A stretch of 64,000 nt of DNA from positions 26,949-90,948 of the forward strand of contig JAHEAD010000002.1 in the NCBI GenBank assembly GCA_019721075.1. The letters run 5' to 3'. A model generated the notes under the pieces. That model ran no database searches. It worked only from the letters and a program-made list of their open reading frames with translations, and was not told the origin of the DNA. The position numbers were made by a program, and so were the translations under genes. How positions within the stretch are numbered: the stretch's first letter is position 1; the number at the start of each line of letters is the position of its first letter. Source of the DNA: Candidatus Sysuiplasma jiujiangense. GTDB lineage: Archaea; Thermoplasmatota; Thermoplasmata; Sysuiplasmatales; Sysuiplasmataceae. This document shows positions 9,762 through 19,353 of this stretch, one piece after another.

Positions 9762-10715
9762 TTGCGTGAGATATCGCTGACAGGAGACTCTTTGAAGGAT
9801 GCTGTCAGGAAAATCAAAGCGAAGCATTCGATAATCGGAAGGGACAATGAACTCGAACAGGCGCTTATCTGTGCATCCGCCGGAAAACACATACTTATCG
9901 AGGGGCCCGTAGGTGTAGGAAAAACTATTCTGGCCGCATCAATTTCAGACTATCTTGACAGGCCGATTTTCAGAGTTGACGGCGACGAACGCTATACCGA
10001 ACAGAAACTCACAGGCTGGTTTGATCCGCCCGTAGTAATGCAGAAGGGCTACAACCAGGAGTCGTTCATAAGCGGCCCCCTTACGATGGCGATGACCAAG
10101 GGCGGCATCCTTTTCATCAACGAACTCAACCGCCTCAATGAAGGAGTGCAGAATGTCCTCCTTCCAGCCATGGACGAAATGAAGATTGAGATACCTAGAA
10201 TTGGAACGATATTCGCACAGAAGGGATTTCTGATAATCTCCACGCAAAACCCGAGGGAGTTCATTGCGACGAGCTCCATTTCTGAGGCACTGTCCGACCG
10301 GTTCGAACTGCTCCCCCTTTCATATCAGAGCGAGGAGGAGGAGAGAAGGATAGTACAGACAAGGACATCCATCTCTGACACGGATGCCATAGGACCCATT
10401 GTATCAATAATCAGGGAGACAAGGGTTCATCCATCTGTGAGACGCGGCGCCTCCGTCAGGGCCGCAACTAGCATGGCCGCCATAATGAATTACATGGGGA
10501 GGGGCATTGAGGATTACAGGAGGGCTGCATATCTCGCCATTCCGACAAGAATTGAGCTTCGTGAGGATTCCAAGAAAAACGTCTATGAAGTCATTGACGA
10601 AATAATAGACAGGGCAGTCAATCCTTTATTTGTGGGAAGTCCCGAAGCAGAAGTATCCCATTCAGCAGAGGAAATAAGCCGAAGTGACAGCGAAAAAAAA
10701 ACGATCGGGAAATGA
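9762..10715 (+). CDS. Second MoxR/CbbQ-like AAA+ ATPase
   Basis: Walker A ILIEGPVGVGKT, Walker B GILFINELNRL, TQNP sensor motif, C-terminal helical lid. Confidence 0.85.
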   Translation: MREISLTGDSLKDAVRKIKAKHSIIGRDNELEQALICASAGKHILIEGPVGVGKTILAASISDYLDRPIFRVDGDERYTEQKLTGWFDPPVVMQKGYNQESFISGPLTMAMTKGGILFINELNRLNEGVQNVLLPAMDEMKIEIPRIGTIFAQKGFLIISTQNPREFIATSSISEALSDRFELLPLSYQSEEEERRIVQTRTSISDTDAIGPIVSIIRETRVHPSVRRGASVRAATSMAAIMNYMGRGIEDYRRAAYLAIPTRIELREDSKKNVYEVIDEIIDRAVNPLFVGSPEAEVSHSAEEISRSDSEKKTIGK

Positions 10716-11617
10716 GTCTGGAGCCTGAAAATGCCCTTGATCTGATGCAGAGGCTGAAGGGCATTGTTGATCTGCCGTCGGGCTCCAGCGACGATGTTGT
10801 CTGGTCAATCGCAAAGAACTATCAGAAAATAAGGCTCAAGGCAAAAGATCCCTCCCTGGTCCAGGCTGCAAAGAAGATAGCGATAAGGGCGATAATCGAA
10901 AGAACACTGCATCAGCTCGGGCCCACCAGAATGCCGATGGTGAACAGGAGAATAGAGTATTCACCCGGGGAGGAAGGGGAAATAGATGTGCCGGGAACGC
11001 TAGACAACGTTCACTCAATAGACAGCATCGATTCAAAGAGCATTATTCTTGAACGCAAGGAACTCAAGCACATAGCATGTGTCCTTATGATCGATGCGAG
11101 CCTTTCAATGACGGGTGAAAAACTGGCGATGGCTACGAGTTCCATTGCCGTTCTTGCACACAGGCTGAAAGGCATCGAATATGCAGTTATACTTTTCGAA
11201 AACAGATCCACCGTCATAAAAAAGATGGACAGTGAGGCAGACCTTGAAAAACTCATCGGGGATCTGCTCGATCTCAATGCCATGGGCTACACGAATATAG
11301 AGGAAGGACTGCGTGCGGGCATAATTGAACTTGAAAAGGCGAAAACCACAAATAAAATAGGCATAATTGTGACGGACGGAAATTATACCATGGGCCACGA
11401 TCCAAGGCAGCTGGCATCTGTCTTCCCCAAACTGCATGTAGTCATGACCACAGGGCTTGATGCCAGGGAGGACATATGCAGCGGCATGGCGCAGAAGGGA
11501 AAGGGCAAAATGTACGAGATAAAGAATTACGAGGAAATGCCCGGCGTCCTTTACAGCATAATAAAGACATTCCACCTGAGGCTCCATCAGAGGGGCGGGC
11601 TGAATGAAAGAATGTGA
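10712..11617 (+). CDS. von Willebrand factor type A (vWA) domain protein, partner of the second MoxR ATPase
   Basis: MIDAS-like motif CVLMIDASLSMTG (DxSxS), then TNIEEGL (Thr) and IIVTDGNYTMG (Asp) motifs; 4-bp overlap with the MoxR2 stop. Confidence 0.8.
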   Translation: MSLEPENALDLMQRLKGIVDLPSGSSDDVVWSIAKNYQKIRLKAKDPSLVQAAKKIAIRAIIERTLHQLGPTRMPMVNRRIEYSPGEEGEIDVPGTLDNVHSIDSIDSKSIILERKELKHIACVLMIDASLSMTGEKLAMATSSIAVLAHRLKGIEYAVILFENRSTVIKKMDSEADLEKLIGDLLDLNAMGYTNIEEGLRAGIIELEKAKTTNKIGIIVTDGNYTMGHDPRQLASVFPKLHVVMTTGLDAREDICSGMAQKGKGKMYEIKNYEEMPGVLYSIIKTFHLRLHQRGGLNERM

Positions 11618-11733
11618 AACTGATTCTGCCCGCATCCCCGGCCCATAAGGTATTTGCCGGCCAATAATATAGCCAGTCAATAAGAACAGATTAATAATCA
11701 GTTCCATGTAGTGCAGCAGGCCATGGTGATTTA

Positions 11734-12780
11734 TTGTCTTCATACAGGATAACACTCATTCCCGGCGACGGTATAGGGCCGGAAGTAACAGGTGCCGCTG
11801 TTAAGGTGCTGGAGGCTACCGGCATAAAATTTGAATGGGACATTCACGAGGCAGGAGAAAAGGTAATCCAGAAAGAGGGGACACCGCTGCCACAGCACGT
11901 GCTGGACAGCCTGAAGAGAAACAGGGTAGGCATCAAGGGACCTCTGACAACGCCGATTGGCGGCGGATTCAGGAGCGTCAATGTAGCCCTCCGCCAGATG
12001 CTGGATCTTTATGCAAGCGTACGACCCGCGCGCTCTATAGCAGGGGAGGGGACACTCTACAGCGACATAGACCTGGTTGTCGTCAGGGAAGCAACCGAGG
12101 AACTTTACTCCGGCATTGAGCACTGGATAGACCGCGAACACTCCGCGGCAGAAAGCATTTCGGTAGTGACCAGGAAGGCTTCAGAGCGTATTGTTAGGTA
12201 CGCTTTCGAATATGCAGTGAAGGAAAATAGAAAGAAGATTACGTCCGTTCACAAGGCAAACATACTGAAGACAACCGGCGCGCTGTTCCAGGAGGTTTCA
12301 CAGCGTATTGCCAGGGATTTCCCGCAGATTGAGTTCGAGGAAAGGCTCATTGACAACATGGCAATGCAGCTTGTCAAAAAGCCCAACGATTATGATGTCA
12401 TAGTGACAACCAACCTGTTCGGAGACATACTTTCAGATCTCTGTTCAGGGCTGGCCGGCGGGCTTGGAATTGCGCCGGGTGCAATCATCGGCGACGAGAT
12501 AGCGCTTTTTGAACCAGTGCATGGCTCCGCTCCAAAGTATGCCGGGCAGAACAAGGTCAATCCCGTTGCCACCATCCTTTCAGGCGAAATGATGCTCAGA
12601 TATCTCGGTGAACGGAAGGCCGCGGAAAGGATATGGAATGCCGTATACGACACGGTGAAGGAGAAGAAGTTTGTAACATACGACCTTGCACTTCCGGGGT
12701 ATACCAGGAAGCCTGTCGCGCCGTCGACTTGCTCACAGATGGCGGACGAAATCGCACGTAAGGTCAGCGAAAGCCTGTGA
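11734..12780 (+). CDS. Isocitrate/isopropylmalate dehydrogenase family enzyme, most likely NAD(P)-isocitrate dehydrogenase
   Basis: [45 protein letters not shown] are hallmark beta-decarboxylating dehydrogenase motifs; TTG start at 11734. Confidence 0.8.
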   Translation: MSSYRITLIPGDGIGPEVTGAAVKVLEATGIKFEWDIHEAGEKVIQKEGTPLPQHVLDSLKRNRVGIKGPLTTPIGGGFRSVNVALRQMLDLYASVRPARSIAGEGTLYSDIDLVVVREATEELYSGIEHWIDREHSAAESISVVTRKASERIVRYAFEYAVKENRKKITSVHKANILKTTGALFQEVSQRIARDFPQIEFEERLIDNMAMQLVKKPNDYDVIVTTNLFGDILSDLCSGLAGGLGIAPGAIIGDEIALFEPVHGSAPKYAGQNKVNPVATILSGEMMLRYLGERKAAERIWNAVYDTVKEKKFVTYDLALPGYTRKPVAPSTCSQMADEIARKVSESL

Positions 12781-12783
12781 GTT

Positions 12784-14013
12784 TCAGATTTCCAGCCTTT
12801 CCCCTTTCTTCGGCATCAGAACGGTCTTTACGTCAAGGGCGTCTGCCAGAAGCTTCCTCTTCTCTCCGTCCCCATGAACCAGGATTACGGTTTCCGGATC
12901 GCATTTCTCCACGAACGAAACCAGCTCGCTGTGGCCGGCATGGGCCGACAGGTCGAACCTGTCGACTTCACACTGTATCTTTTCGATGACTCCGTTTATT
13001 TCCAGGGAACCCGTGGTCAGAAGGCGGTGCCCGTTTGACTCCTCGACCTGGAATCCGCTTATCAGTATGCCGCTCTTCGGATCGTCTTTGACCCGTTCTA
13101 TATAGCCGAGCGCGGGGCCGCCGTCCAGCATACCGCTGGTGGTGACAATCACATCCGCCCTGTCGCTGTGGTATCTGTCCTCGCCTGTTTCCACTTCATA
13201 TGCCTTCAGGCATGCCTTCCTGAGACTTTCGGCAGAGGCGACATAATTCTTCGAACGCATGTAAATTGAGTTGACCTTTCTCCCCATCCCGTCGACCCAG
13301 ATATTGAGGCCGGTCCTTTCAAGTATCATCAGCAATTCCTGTGTCCTTCCGACTGCGAACGCAGGAAGAATTGCCTGGCCGCCACGGTCCACAATCTCAC
13401 TGACCTTGTCAATCAGACGGTCTTCGACATCCTTCCTGTCCGGATGCTCCCTGCCGGCATAGGTCGATTCGACAACCATCACATCCGTTTTTACCGACTC
13501 CGCGCCTCCGACCAGCCTTGTTTCGGCCGTGTGTATGTCGCCTGTAAAAAGCACGTTCTTTTCTCCGCGAACCTCAATCATTGCCGCGCCGGGAATGTGA
13601 CCCGCCTTCCTGGGGATAAACTCGGTCCCGCCAATTTCGAACGGTGTTCCAAACCGCTCGACGGAAAACAGCTTCATTGCATCCTCCACGTCCGAGAAAT
13701 CATACGGTTCGCTGTACCCTTCCATCCTTGCGACTTTTATGCTGTCCAGCATCAGGATGCGGCCCACGTCCTTTGTAGGCATTGTTCCGTGCACGGGAAC
13801 CTGGTACATGGCTGTGAGCCATGGAATCATGCCGGAGTGGTCCACATGGGCGTGCGTGAGCACTATCTGGTCGACACGCGGAGCCTGCAGGGGGTAGACA
13901 GGAGGATCGCGGGGTATGAGACCATAGTCAAACATGACCTTCCCGAAGCCGTCCTCCATCATCACTGCGAGTCCTCCGACCTCATCGGCACCGCCGAAAA
14001 AATGGAATTTCAT
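12784..14013 (-). CDS. Metallo-beta-lactamase/beta-CASP family ribonuclease (aCPSF2/RNase J-like)
   Basis: MKFHFFGGADEVGGLAVMM..., HAHVDHSG (HxHxDH), and downstream beta-CASP-like Asp/His motifs; 409 aa. Confidence 0.75.
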   Translation of the reverse strand: MKFHFFGGADEVGGLAVMMEDGFGKVMFDYGLIPRDPPVYPLQAPRVDQIVLTHAHVDHSGMIPWLTAMYQVPVHGTMPTKDVGRILMLDSIKVARMEGYSEPYDFSDVEDAMKLFSVERFGTPFEIGGTEFIPRKAGHIPGAAMIEVRGEKNVLFTGDIHTAETRLVGGAESVKTDVMVVESTYAGREHPDRKDVEDRLIDKVSEIVDRGGQAILPAFAVGRTQELLMILERTGLNIWVDGMGRKVNSIYMRSKNYVASAESLRKACLKAYEVETGEDRYHSDRADVIVTTSGMLDGGPALGYIERVKDDPKSGILISGFQVEESNGHRLLTTGSLEINGVIEKIQCEVDRFDLSAHAGHSELVSFVEKCDPETVILVHGDGEKRKLLADALDVKTVLMPKKGERLEI

Positions 14014-14215
14014 TTACATCACCCGTGCAGTCGAAAAAGTTCCTGCAATATCTTTCATACATTTCCCTTGAAATACGTCTGTCATGCGCTCTTCACATCA
14101 TGAAAGCTTGACGGAGGAAGGCGGCATCAGAAAACTTCAGCATGTCCTTCCCGCACAGCTTTCGGGACTCTCCAGCAACAGGTTGGTATTAATCTTTTCT
14201 GACATTTTGCCGAAA

Positions 14216-15175
14216 TTATCTTCTCATTCTCGGGTCGAGTATGTCCCTCAGACCGTCACCGAGAAGATTGAGGCCGAGAGAATAAAGGAGAATGGCAAGT
14301 CCGGGAACGACAAATGTCCAGGGGTACTGAAGTGCCTCTATTATGCCGACACTCTTGTACTGGAAGTATGTTGCCAGATTTCCCCATTCAGGCAGGTAAA
14401 TGAAGTTTATGCCTATGTTTATGTAGTCAAGCGCTGCAAGCAGCAGGACGACGCTGCCTACATCGAGCGACATCTGAACAAACACAGGGTAAATTGAATT
14501 TGGTATCACATGCTTGAAGATAATCCTGGCTGCGCCGGATCCGGATGCTTTTGACGCCTCGACATATTTCAGCTCCCTTACAGAAAGCACCTGTCCCCTG
14601 ACCAGCCTTGCGTATGTCGGCCACCATATTATGATGAGGGAAGCCACCAGGAGCGTGAGAACACCGCCCGGGACATGAGCGAAATCCTCCCTGAAAACAA
14701 CGATCATGGCAATTGCAAGCACAATAAAGGGAATGGAGAAAAAGACATCGGTGATACGCATGAGGACGTCGTCGACGACCCCGCCTTTGTAGCCCGCAAA
14801 TGCACCGAGCAGTATGCCTATCAGTGCGCCCGACGCCACGACAGAAACTGAAATGCCCAGATCCACTCTTGCCGCCTTAATGACGGCTGGAAGCAGGTTG
14901 ATGCCGAAATACGTTGTGCCGAGGGGATATTTCCATGACTGAAACCATGGAATGAAGTTGTTCTGAAGGCTGTTTATGGGATAGAGCTGGTACGGGTTTC
15001 CGGTTGTAAGCACAGGTGAAAAAATTGCCAGAAAGACAAAGAAGGAGGTCATTATGAGACCCGCGAGTGCAAGCGGACTCTGCTTGAAATAATAAAATTG
15101 CCTCTTGAACTGGTCGATTCTTGGCGCAAGCGAGCCAATCACTGTCTTTTGTTTTTTGCCGTACGCGCCTGCCAT
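14216..15175 (-). CDS. Oligopeptide/dipeptide ABC transporter permease (OppC/DppC type)
   Basis: 6-TM permease with EAA-like region (ARLVRGQVLSVRELKYVEASKASGSG) typical of DppC/OppC. Confidence 0.85.
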   Translation of the reverse strand: MAGAYGKKQKTVIGSLAPRIDQFKRQFYYFKQSPLALAGLIMTSFFVFLAIFSPVLTTGNPYQLYPINSLQNNFIPWFQSWKYPLGTTYFGINLLPAVIKAARVDLGISVSVVASGALIGILLGAFAGYKGGVVDDVLMRITDVFFSIPFIVLAIAMIVVFREDFAHVPGGVLTLLVASLIIIWWPTYARLVRGQVLSVRELKYVEASKASGSGAARIIFKHVIPNSIYPVFVQMSLDVGSVVLLLAALDYINIGINFIYLPEWGNLATYFQYKSVGIIEALQYPWTFVVPGLAILLYSLGLNLLGDGLRDILDPRMRR

Positions 15176-15182
15176 TGCCCTG

Positions 15183-16280
15183 TCACCCCAGCCTGACCCT
15201 TGGATCGAGGTATGCGTAGATTATGTCGACAATAAGGTTTGCAACGACAATGATGATTGCAAATACGAAGACCGATGCCATGATAGACGCAAAATCATCC
15301 ACTATTGCGGCCTCGGCCAGCCAGTATCCAATCCCGGGCCACGAGAAAATGTCCTCCGTGATCACCACGCCGCCCATCAGGGATGCCAGCAGCAGCCCGA
15401 GGATGGTAATCGTCGCTGAATACGCGTTCCTCTTGACATGCTTGTTGATGACGCGCTTCTGCGGCAGACCTTTTGCTTTTGCCGTGCGCACGTAATCCTG
15501 CCCCATGGCATCCAGCATGCTCGATCTCAGGAAACGCACTATTGCCCCCATGCTCGTCAGTGCTACCGTCAGGGCAGGAAGTGCAATATGGCCAAGCGCA
15601 TTCAGAAATGCCGGAAAATCGCCATAAAGGAGTGTATCAATAATCAGGAATCCGGTCGGTCTGGTGCCGAGAATCAATGCACCCTGGTGTACAACCCAGG
15701 GTTCAAATCTGCCTGACGCTGTAAAGTAATACGATGAATTCAGTGCGCCGGAAATGTCTGTTATGGGAATGTAGGGAGCGACTGCGAAGATTATAAGGAG
15801 ACCTAGCCAGAATGTCGGCGTCGAGTAGCTGATCATGGCCCAGAGCCTCGATGCATGGTCAGGCAACTTGTCCCTCCTCACTGCGGAAATTACGCCCAGG
15901 GGGATGGCGAAAATGATGATGAGGATTATCGATGCTATAGCCAGTTCGATGGTATTGGGAAGGCGTTCCTCCATAACCTGAAGGACTGGCCTGTAGGTGC
16001 CCACAAGGACGTCAAAGCCGCTGGTGAATCCCCAGTGACCGGTAACAAGTCCCTGCATATAGTAGAAGTACTGGACGAAAACAGGCGCTTTCAGATGATA
16101 TTCCGCGATTATCTTCGCTCTGGCAGCGGGAGTCCTTATTCTTCCTACAAGGGAACTCACCCAGAGACCGATGTCCGCCCTTGTAAGCAGGAAGGTAAAA
16201 ACCGTGACTCCAAGAACAACGGGGATAAGAAGCAGCAGCCTGCGAATGATGTAGGTACTCATCTTCATCTTATGTCTCAC
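15183..16280 (-). CDS. Oligopeptide/dipeptide ABC transporter permease (OppB/DppB type)
   Basis: DppB-type N-terminus MSTYIIRRLLLLIPVVLGVTVFTFLL and EAA loop DYVRTAKAKGLPQKRVINKHVKRNA. Confidence 0.85.
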   Translation of the reverse strand: MRHKMKMSTYIIRRLLLLIPVVLGVTVFTFLLTRADIGLWVSSLVGRIRTPAARAKIIAEYHLKAPVFVQYFYYMQGLVTGHWGFTSGFDVLVGTYRPVLQVMEERLPNTIELAIASIILIIIFAIPLGVISAVRRDKLPDHASRLWAMISYSTPTFWLGLLIIFAVAPYIPITDISGALNSSYYFTASGRFEPWVVHQGALILGTRPTGFLIIDTLLYGDFPAFLNALGHIALPALTVALTSMGAIVRFLRSSMLDAMGQDYVRTAKAKGLPQKRVINKHVKRNAYSATITILGLLLASLMGGVVITEDIFSWPGIGYWLAEAAIVDDFASIMASVFVFAIIIVVANLIVDIIYAYLDPRVRLG

Positions 16281-16397
16281 TCATCCTGGAGAAGCCGGGC
16301 TGGTATAGCAGGCGGAACCCTTACCACAGTACTCTGACTGTAATCGAACTATATAACATTTCATTTTTCCAGAAGTAAAATACCGGTAGCCGTGGAT

Positions 16398-17657
16398 TCA
16401 GGCAGCCTCCTTGAGAACGGATTCGTCGAAATGCTCGCCTGCTATTACGCTCGCCCTTTCTGCAGCGCCGATTATCCTGCTGTCCATCCTGTGGATGAGA
16501 TGGCATGCAACAAGATGCCCTGTGTGATTCCAGTCCTCCAGCTTTGGTTCCTTTTCCCTGCATATCTGTTCGGCATAGGGGCACCGCGTTCTGAACCTGC
16601 AGCCGCTCGGCGGAGACGCGGCGCTGGGAACATCCCCCGAAAGCAGTATCCTTTCCCTCCTGAGTAGGGGGTCAGGTATGGGGATCGCGGATATCAGCGC
16701 CTGCGTGTACGGGTGAAGGGGATGGATGAACAGTTCCTCTGTGGCAGAGACCTCGACTATCTTGCCCAGATACATCACGAGAACTCTGTTACACATCGCT
16801 CTTATGACACTGAGATGGTGCGATATGAAAAGGTAGGACATGTTATTCTTGGCCTGCAGATTTCGAAGCAGATTCAGTATCTGCGCCTGCACCGACACAT
16901 CGAGCGCAGATGTAGGTTCATCAAGAACGACAAATTTCGGGTCGAGGGCAAGAGCTCTCGCTATGCATAAGCGCTGTCTCTGTCCGCCGCTGAACTCGTG
17001 GGGGAAACGATAAAGGTGTTCCTCATTGAGACCGACGTCTGTTATCAGGGATGAAACACGTTCCTTTATTTCGCTCTTCGTCATTTTCGGGCCGGAAGGC
17101 GTCCGTCCCCGGCTTGCTGATTCGCCGTCAGGGTTCATTACCCATGTCCCGCGCTTGTAGATGCGAAGCGGTTCGCCGATTATATCCTTAACCAGCATCC
17201 TTGGATCGAGTGATGCAAATGGATCCTGGAATACAATCTGCATTGTTCTTCTGATCTCTTTGAGGCGATGGCTCTTTGCCTTGAATATGGAATAGCTTCT
17301 GGCATAACTGTTCAGTTTACCGACGATCTTGTCTGTTTCCTCCTCAGAGATATTTCCGCTCTCTTCAAGCCTTCGATACAACTCGCCGATCTCATCGAAT
17401 ATCTCGGGCGGCGCATCGATGTAAGCCTGTCCGGATGTCGGTTCAAGAAGCCTGAGCAACGTCCTGCCGGTTGTTGTCTTCCCGCAGCCGCTTTCGCCCA
17501 CCAGTCCCACTGTCTCGCCACGGTATATCTGGAAGGAGACATCATCGACAGCATGAACATAGCCTATATTCCTTGACATTACCCCTGCCTTAATGGGGAA
17601 GAGCTGCTTCAGGTGTCTTACATCCATGTAAAGTGCATCATGGCTGATGATTACCAC
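16398..17657 (-). CDS. Peptide ABC transporter ATP-binding protein (OppF/DppF type) with short insertion and C-terminal extension
   Basis: Walker [10 protein letters not shown], signature FSGGQRQR, Walker [13 protein letters not shown]-loop ISHHL, Opp C-terminal domain ([10 protein letters not shown]); 419 aa. Confidence 0.85.
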   Translation of the reverse strand: MVIISHDALYMDVRHLKQLFPIKAGVMSRNIGYVHAVDDVSFQIYRGETVGLVGESGCGKTTTGRTLLRLLEPTSGQAYIDAPPEIFDEIGELYRRLEESGNISEEETDKIVGKLNSYARSYSIFKAKSHRLKEIRRTMQIVFQDPFASLDPRMLVKDIIGEPLRIYKRGTWVMNPDGESASRGRTPSGPKMTKSEIKERVSSLITDVGLNEEHLYRFPHEFSGGQRQRLCIARALALDPKFVVLDEPTSALDVSVQAQILNLLRNLQAKNNMSYLFISHHLSVIRAMCNRVLVMYLGKIVEVSATEELFIHPLHPYTQALISAIPIPDPLLRRERILLSGDVPSAASPPSGCRFRTRCPYAEQICREKEPKLEDWNHTGHLVACHLIHRMDSRIIGAAERASVIAGEHFDESVLKEAA

Positions 17658-19170
17658 CGCCGTAAAGGAAACAGCTTACTGTATGATTCTGTGTCACTTC
17701 CACGGGCATCGGTATTGTTGTTCTGCAGATGTCCATTACGAAGGGGCATCTCGGATGGAAGCGGCATCCATCCGGAGGATGAAGGAGATTTGGAACGTTC
17801 CCCGATATCGTGGTCAGTTTCTTGCCGGGCATGTCGAGACGCGGAATCGCAGCCAGCAGTCCCCTGGTATAAGGGTGAAGCGGATTCTTGAATATTTCCC
17901 TGACAGACCCTGTTTCGGCCACGAGACCTGCGTACATGACTGCCACCCGGTCACAGATCTCGGATATCACACCGAGGTCATGCGTTATAAGCACAATGGA
18001 AGAATTGGTGGTGCTCTTCAATTTCCGCATCAAATCGAGTATCTGCGCCTGGATAGTTACATCGAGGGCAGTGGTTGGCTCATCCGCAATCAGCAGCGAA
18101 GGATTGCATGACAGGGCCATCGCGATCATCACCCTCTGCTGCATGCCACCGCTCAGCTCATGCGGGTAACTGCTCAGTATTTTATGAGCGTCCGGTATGC
18201 TTACCTGCTTGAGGAGACCTTCCACCCAGAGAGCGACTTCCGACCTGATGCTCATGTCGCATTGCCTTCTGGCGGCAATATTGAGTCTCCGGATCGCAAG
18301 TCTGCGCCTGCTCTTCCTCACCTGCGATGTTATCCCATTCAGCACAGCAAGGTCATTTCCGAGAAGGATCTCATTGCGTTCATTCTTGGCCAGGCGGTCT
18401 AACTCCTTCTCCAGTTCCAGCAGATGCTTTGCTGCCTCGGAAATGGAACCTATCCTTGCCGTCTGGATCGCTTCCCTGATCCTCCTGCTTCTCTTCTTTC
18501 CCCGCGAGAGTATGATATCGCACAGCTGGCTTCTCTGTTTTTCGTCCCTGACATATTTCGAAAGTGAATCCATGGCATTTGAACGCAGCTTTTCACTATC
18601 GCTTTCGGCAAGATCGAACTCTTCGGCGATCCTCTGCATTTCAGCCCTGAGACCGTCGAAGTTAACAGAACCCTTTGAAAGTATGGAATCGACAATTTCC
18701 GATTTTCTGTGCATGAGCAGCGCTTCCCCTACCTGCCTCTCCACCGTCATGACAGGATTGAGCGCGGTCGTTGGCTCCTGGAATATCATGGAAATTTCCC
18801 TTCCGCGGATACCCTGGAAAATTCTCTCCGTGAGCTTGATAATCCTCTTATTCCTGATGACCTTGGTTCTGCTTCCCCTTTCTACATATTTCGCCTCATA
18901 GGGAAGATAACGCGTAAGATCCGCGCCTTTGTAAATTATTTTACCCGAAACAATTCTTCCCGGAGGATCCTGTATGAGCTTGAGTATTGAGAATGCGGTG
19001 ACGCTCTTCCCGCATCCTGTCTCACCGACAATTCCGAGCGTTTCTCCCTTCCTGACGTAGAGGCTTACGCCGTCGAGAGCCTTTACAACACCATCATAGA
19101 CGAAAAAATATGTCCTGAGGTCCTCGATCCTCAGCAGAATATCAGAATCGTCCGGAAGGTTGATGCTCAT
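17638..19170 (-). CDS. Peptide ABC transporter ATP-binding protein (OppD/DppD type) carrying a ~150-aa charged coiled-coil insertion in the helical subdomain
   Basis: Walker A GETGCGKS, Q-loop MIFQEP, signature LSGGMQQR, Walker B LLIADEPTTALD, H-loop ITHDL, C-terminal Opp domain (GCRFHPRCPF). About 230 aa separate the Q-loop from the signature motif, against ~60 aa typically. Confidence 0.85.
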   Translation of the reverse strand: MSINLPDDSDILLRIEDLRTYFFVYDGVVKALDGVSLYVRKGETLGIVGETGCGKSVTAFSILKLIQDPPGRIVSGKIIYKGADLTRYLPYEAKYVERGSRTKVIRNKRIIKLTERIFQGIRGREISMIFQEPTTALNPVMTVERQVGEALLMHRKSEIVDSILSKGSVNFDGLRAEMQRIAEEFDLAESDSEKLRSNAMDSLSKYVRDEKQRSQLCDIILSRGKKRSRRIREAIQTARIGSISEAAKHLLELEKELDRLAKNERNEILLGNDLAVLNGITSQVRKSRRRLAIRRLNIAARRQCDMSIRSEVALWVEGLLKQVSIPDAHKILSSYPHELSGGMQQRVMIAMALSCNPSLLIADEPTTALDVTIQAQILDLMRKLKSTTNSSIVLITHDLGVISEICDRVAVMYAGLVAETGSVREIFKNPLHPYTRGLLAAIPRLDMPGKKLTTISGNVPNLLHPPDGCRFHPRCPFVMDICRTTIPMPVEVTQNHTVSCFLYGGGNHQP

Positions 19171-19353
19171 GACGAATGCAGACCCTCCCTAAATTGCTGA
19201 AATATTTAATCGTTTTGAGCGTTTCTTCAGATCCGGTTCAAACCTGAAGTCCAACATCAAAGTAATCGCCGCTGTAATTGCTGTCAATCAATCAAAAGTT
19301 AGGGAAGATGTTTGGGTAAAAGATTTACATTCGTTTGACCGCTGGTTCAGAAT

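Noticed and set aside
10695-10703. A9 homopolymer at the 3' end of the second MoxR gene, just before the overlapping vWA start
   Set aside because: It could be a slippage hotspot. However, both flanking frames are intact and there is no evidence of phase variation from a single sequence.
13444-14103. 219-aa His/Cys-rich plus-strand ORF
   Set aside because: Completely antisense to the MBL/beta-CASP nuclease gene. Its His/Cys richness mirrors the G/C-rich codons of the real gene.
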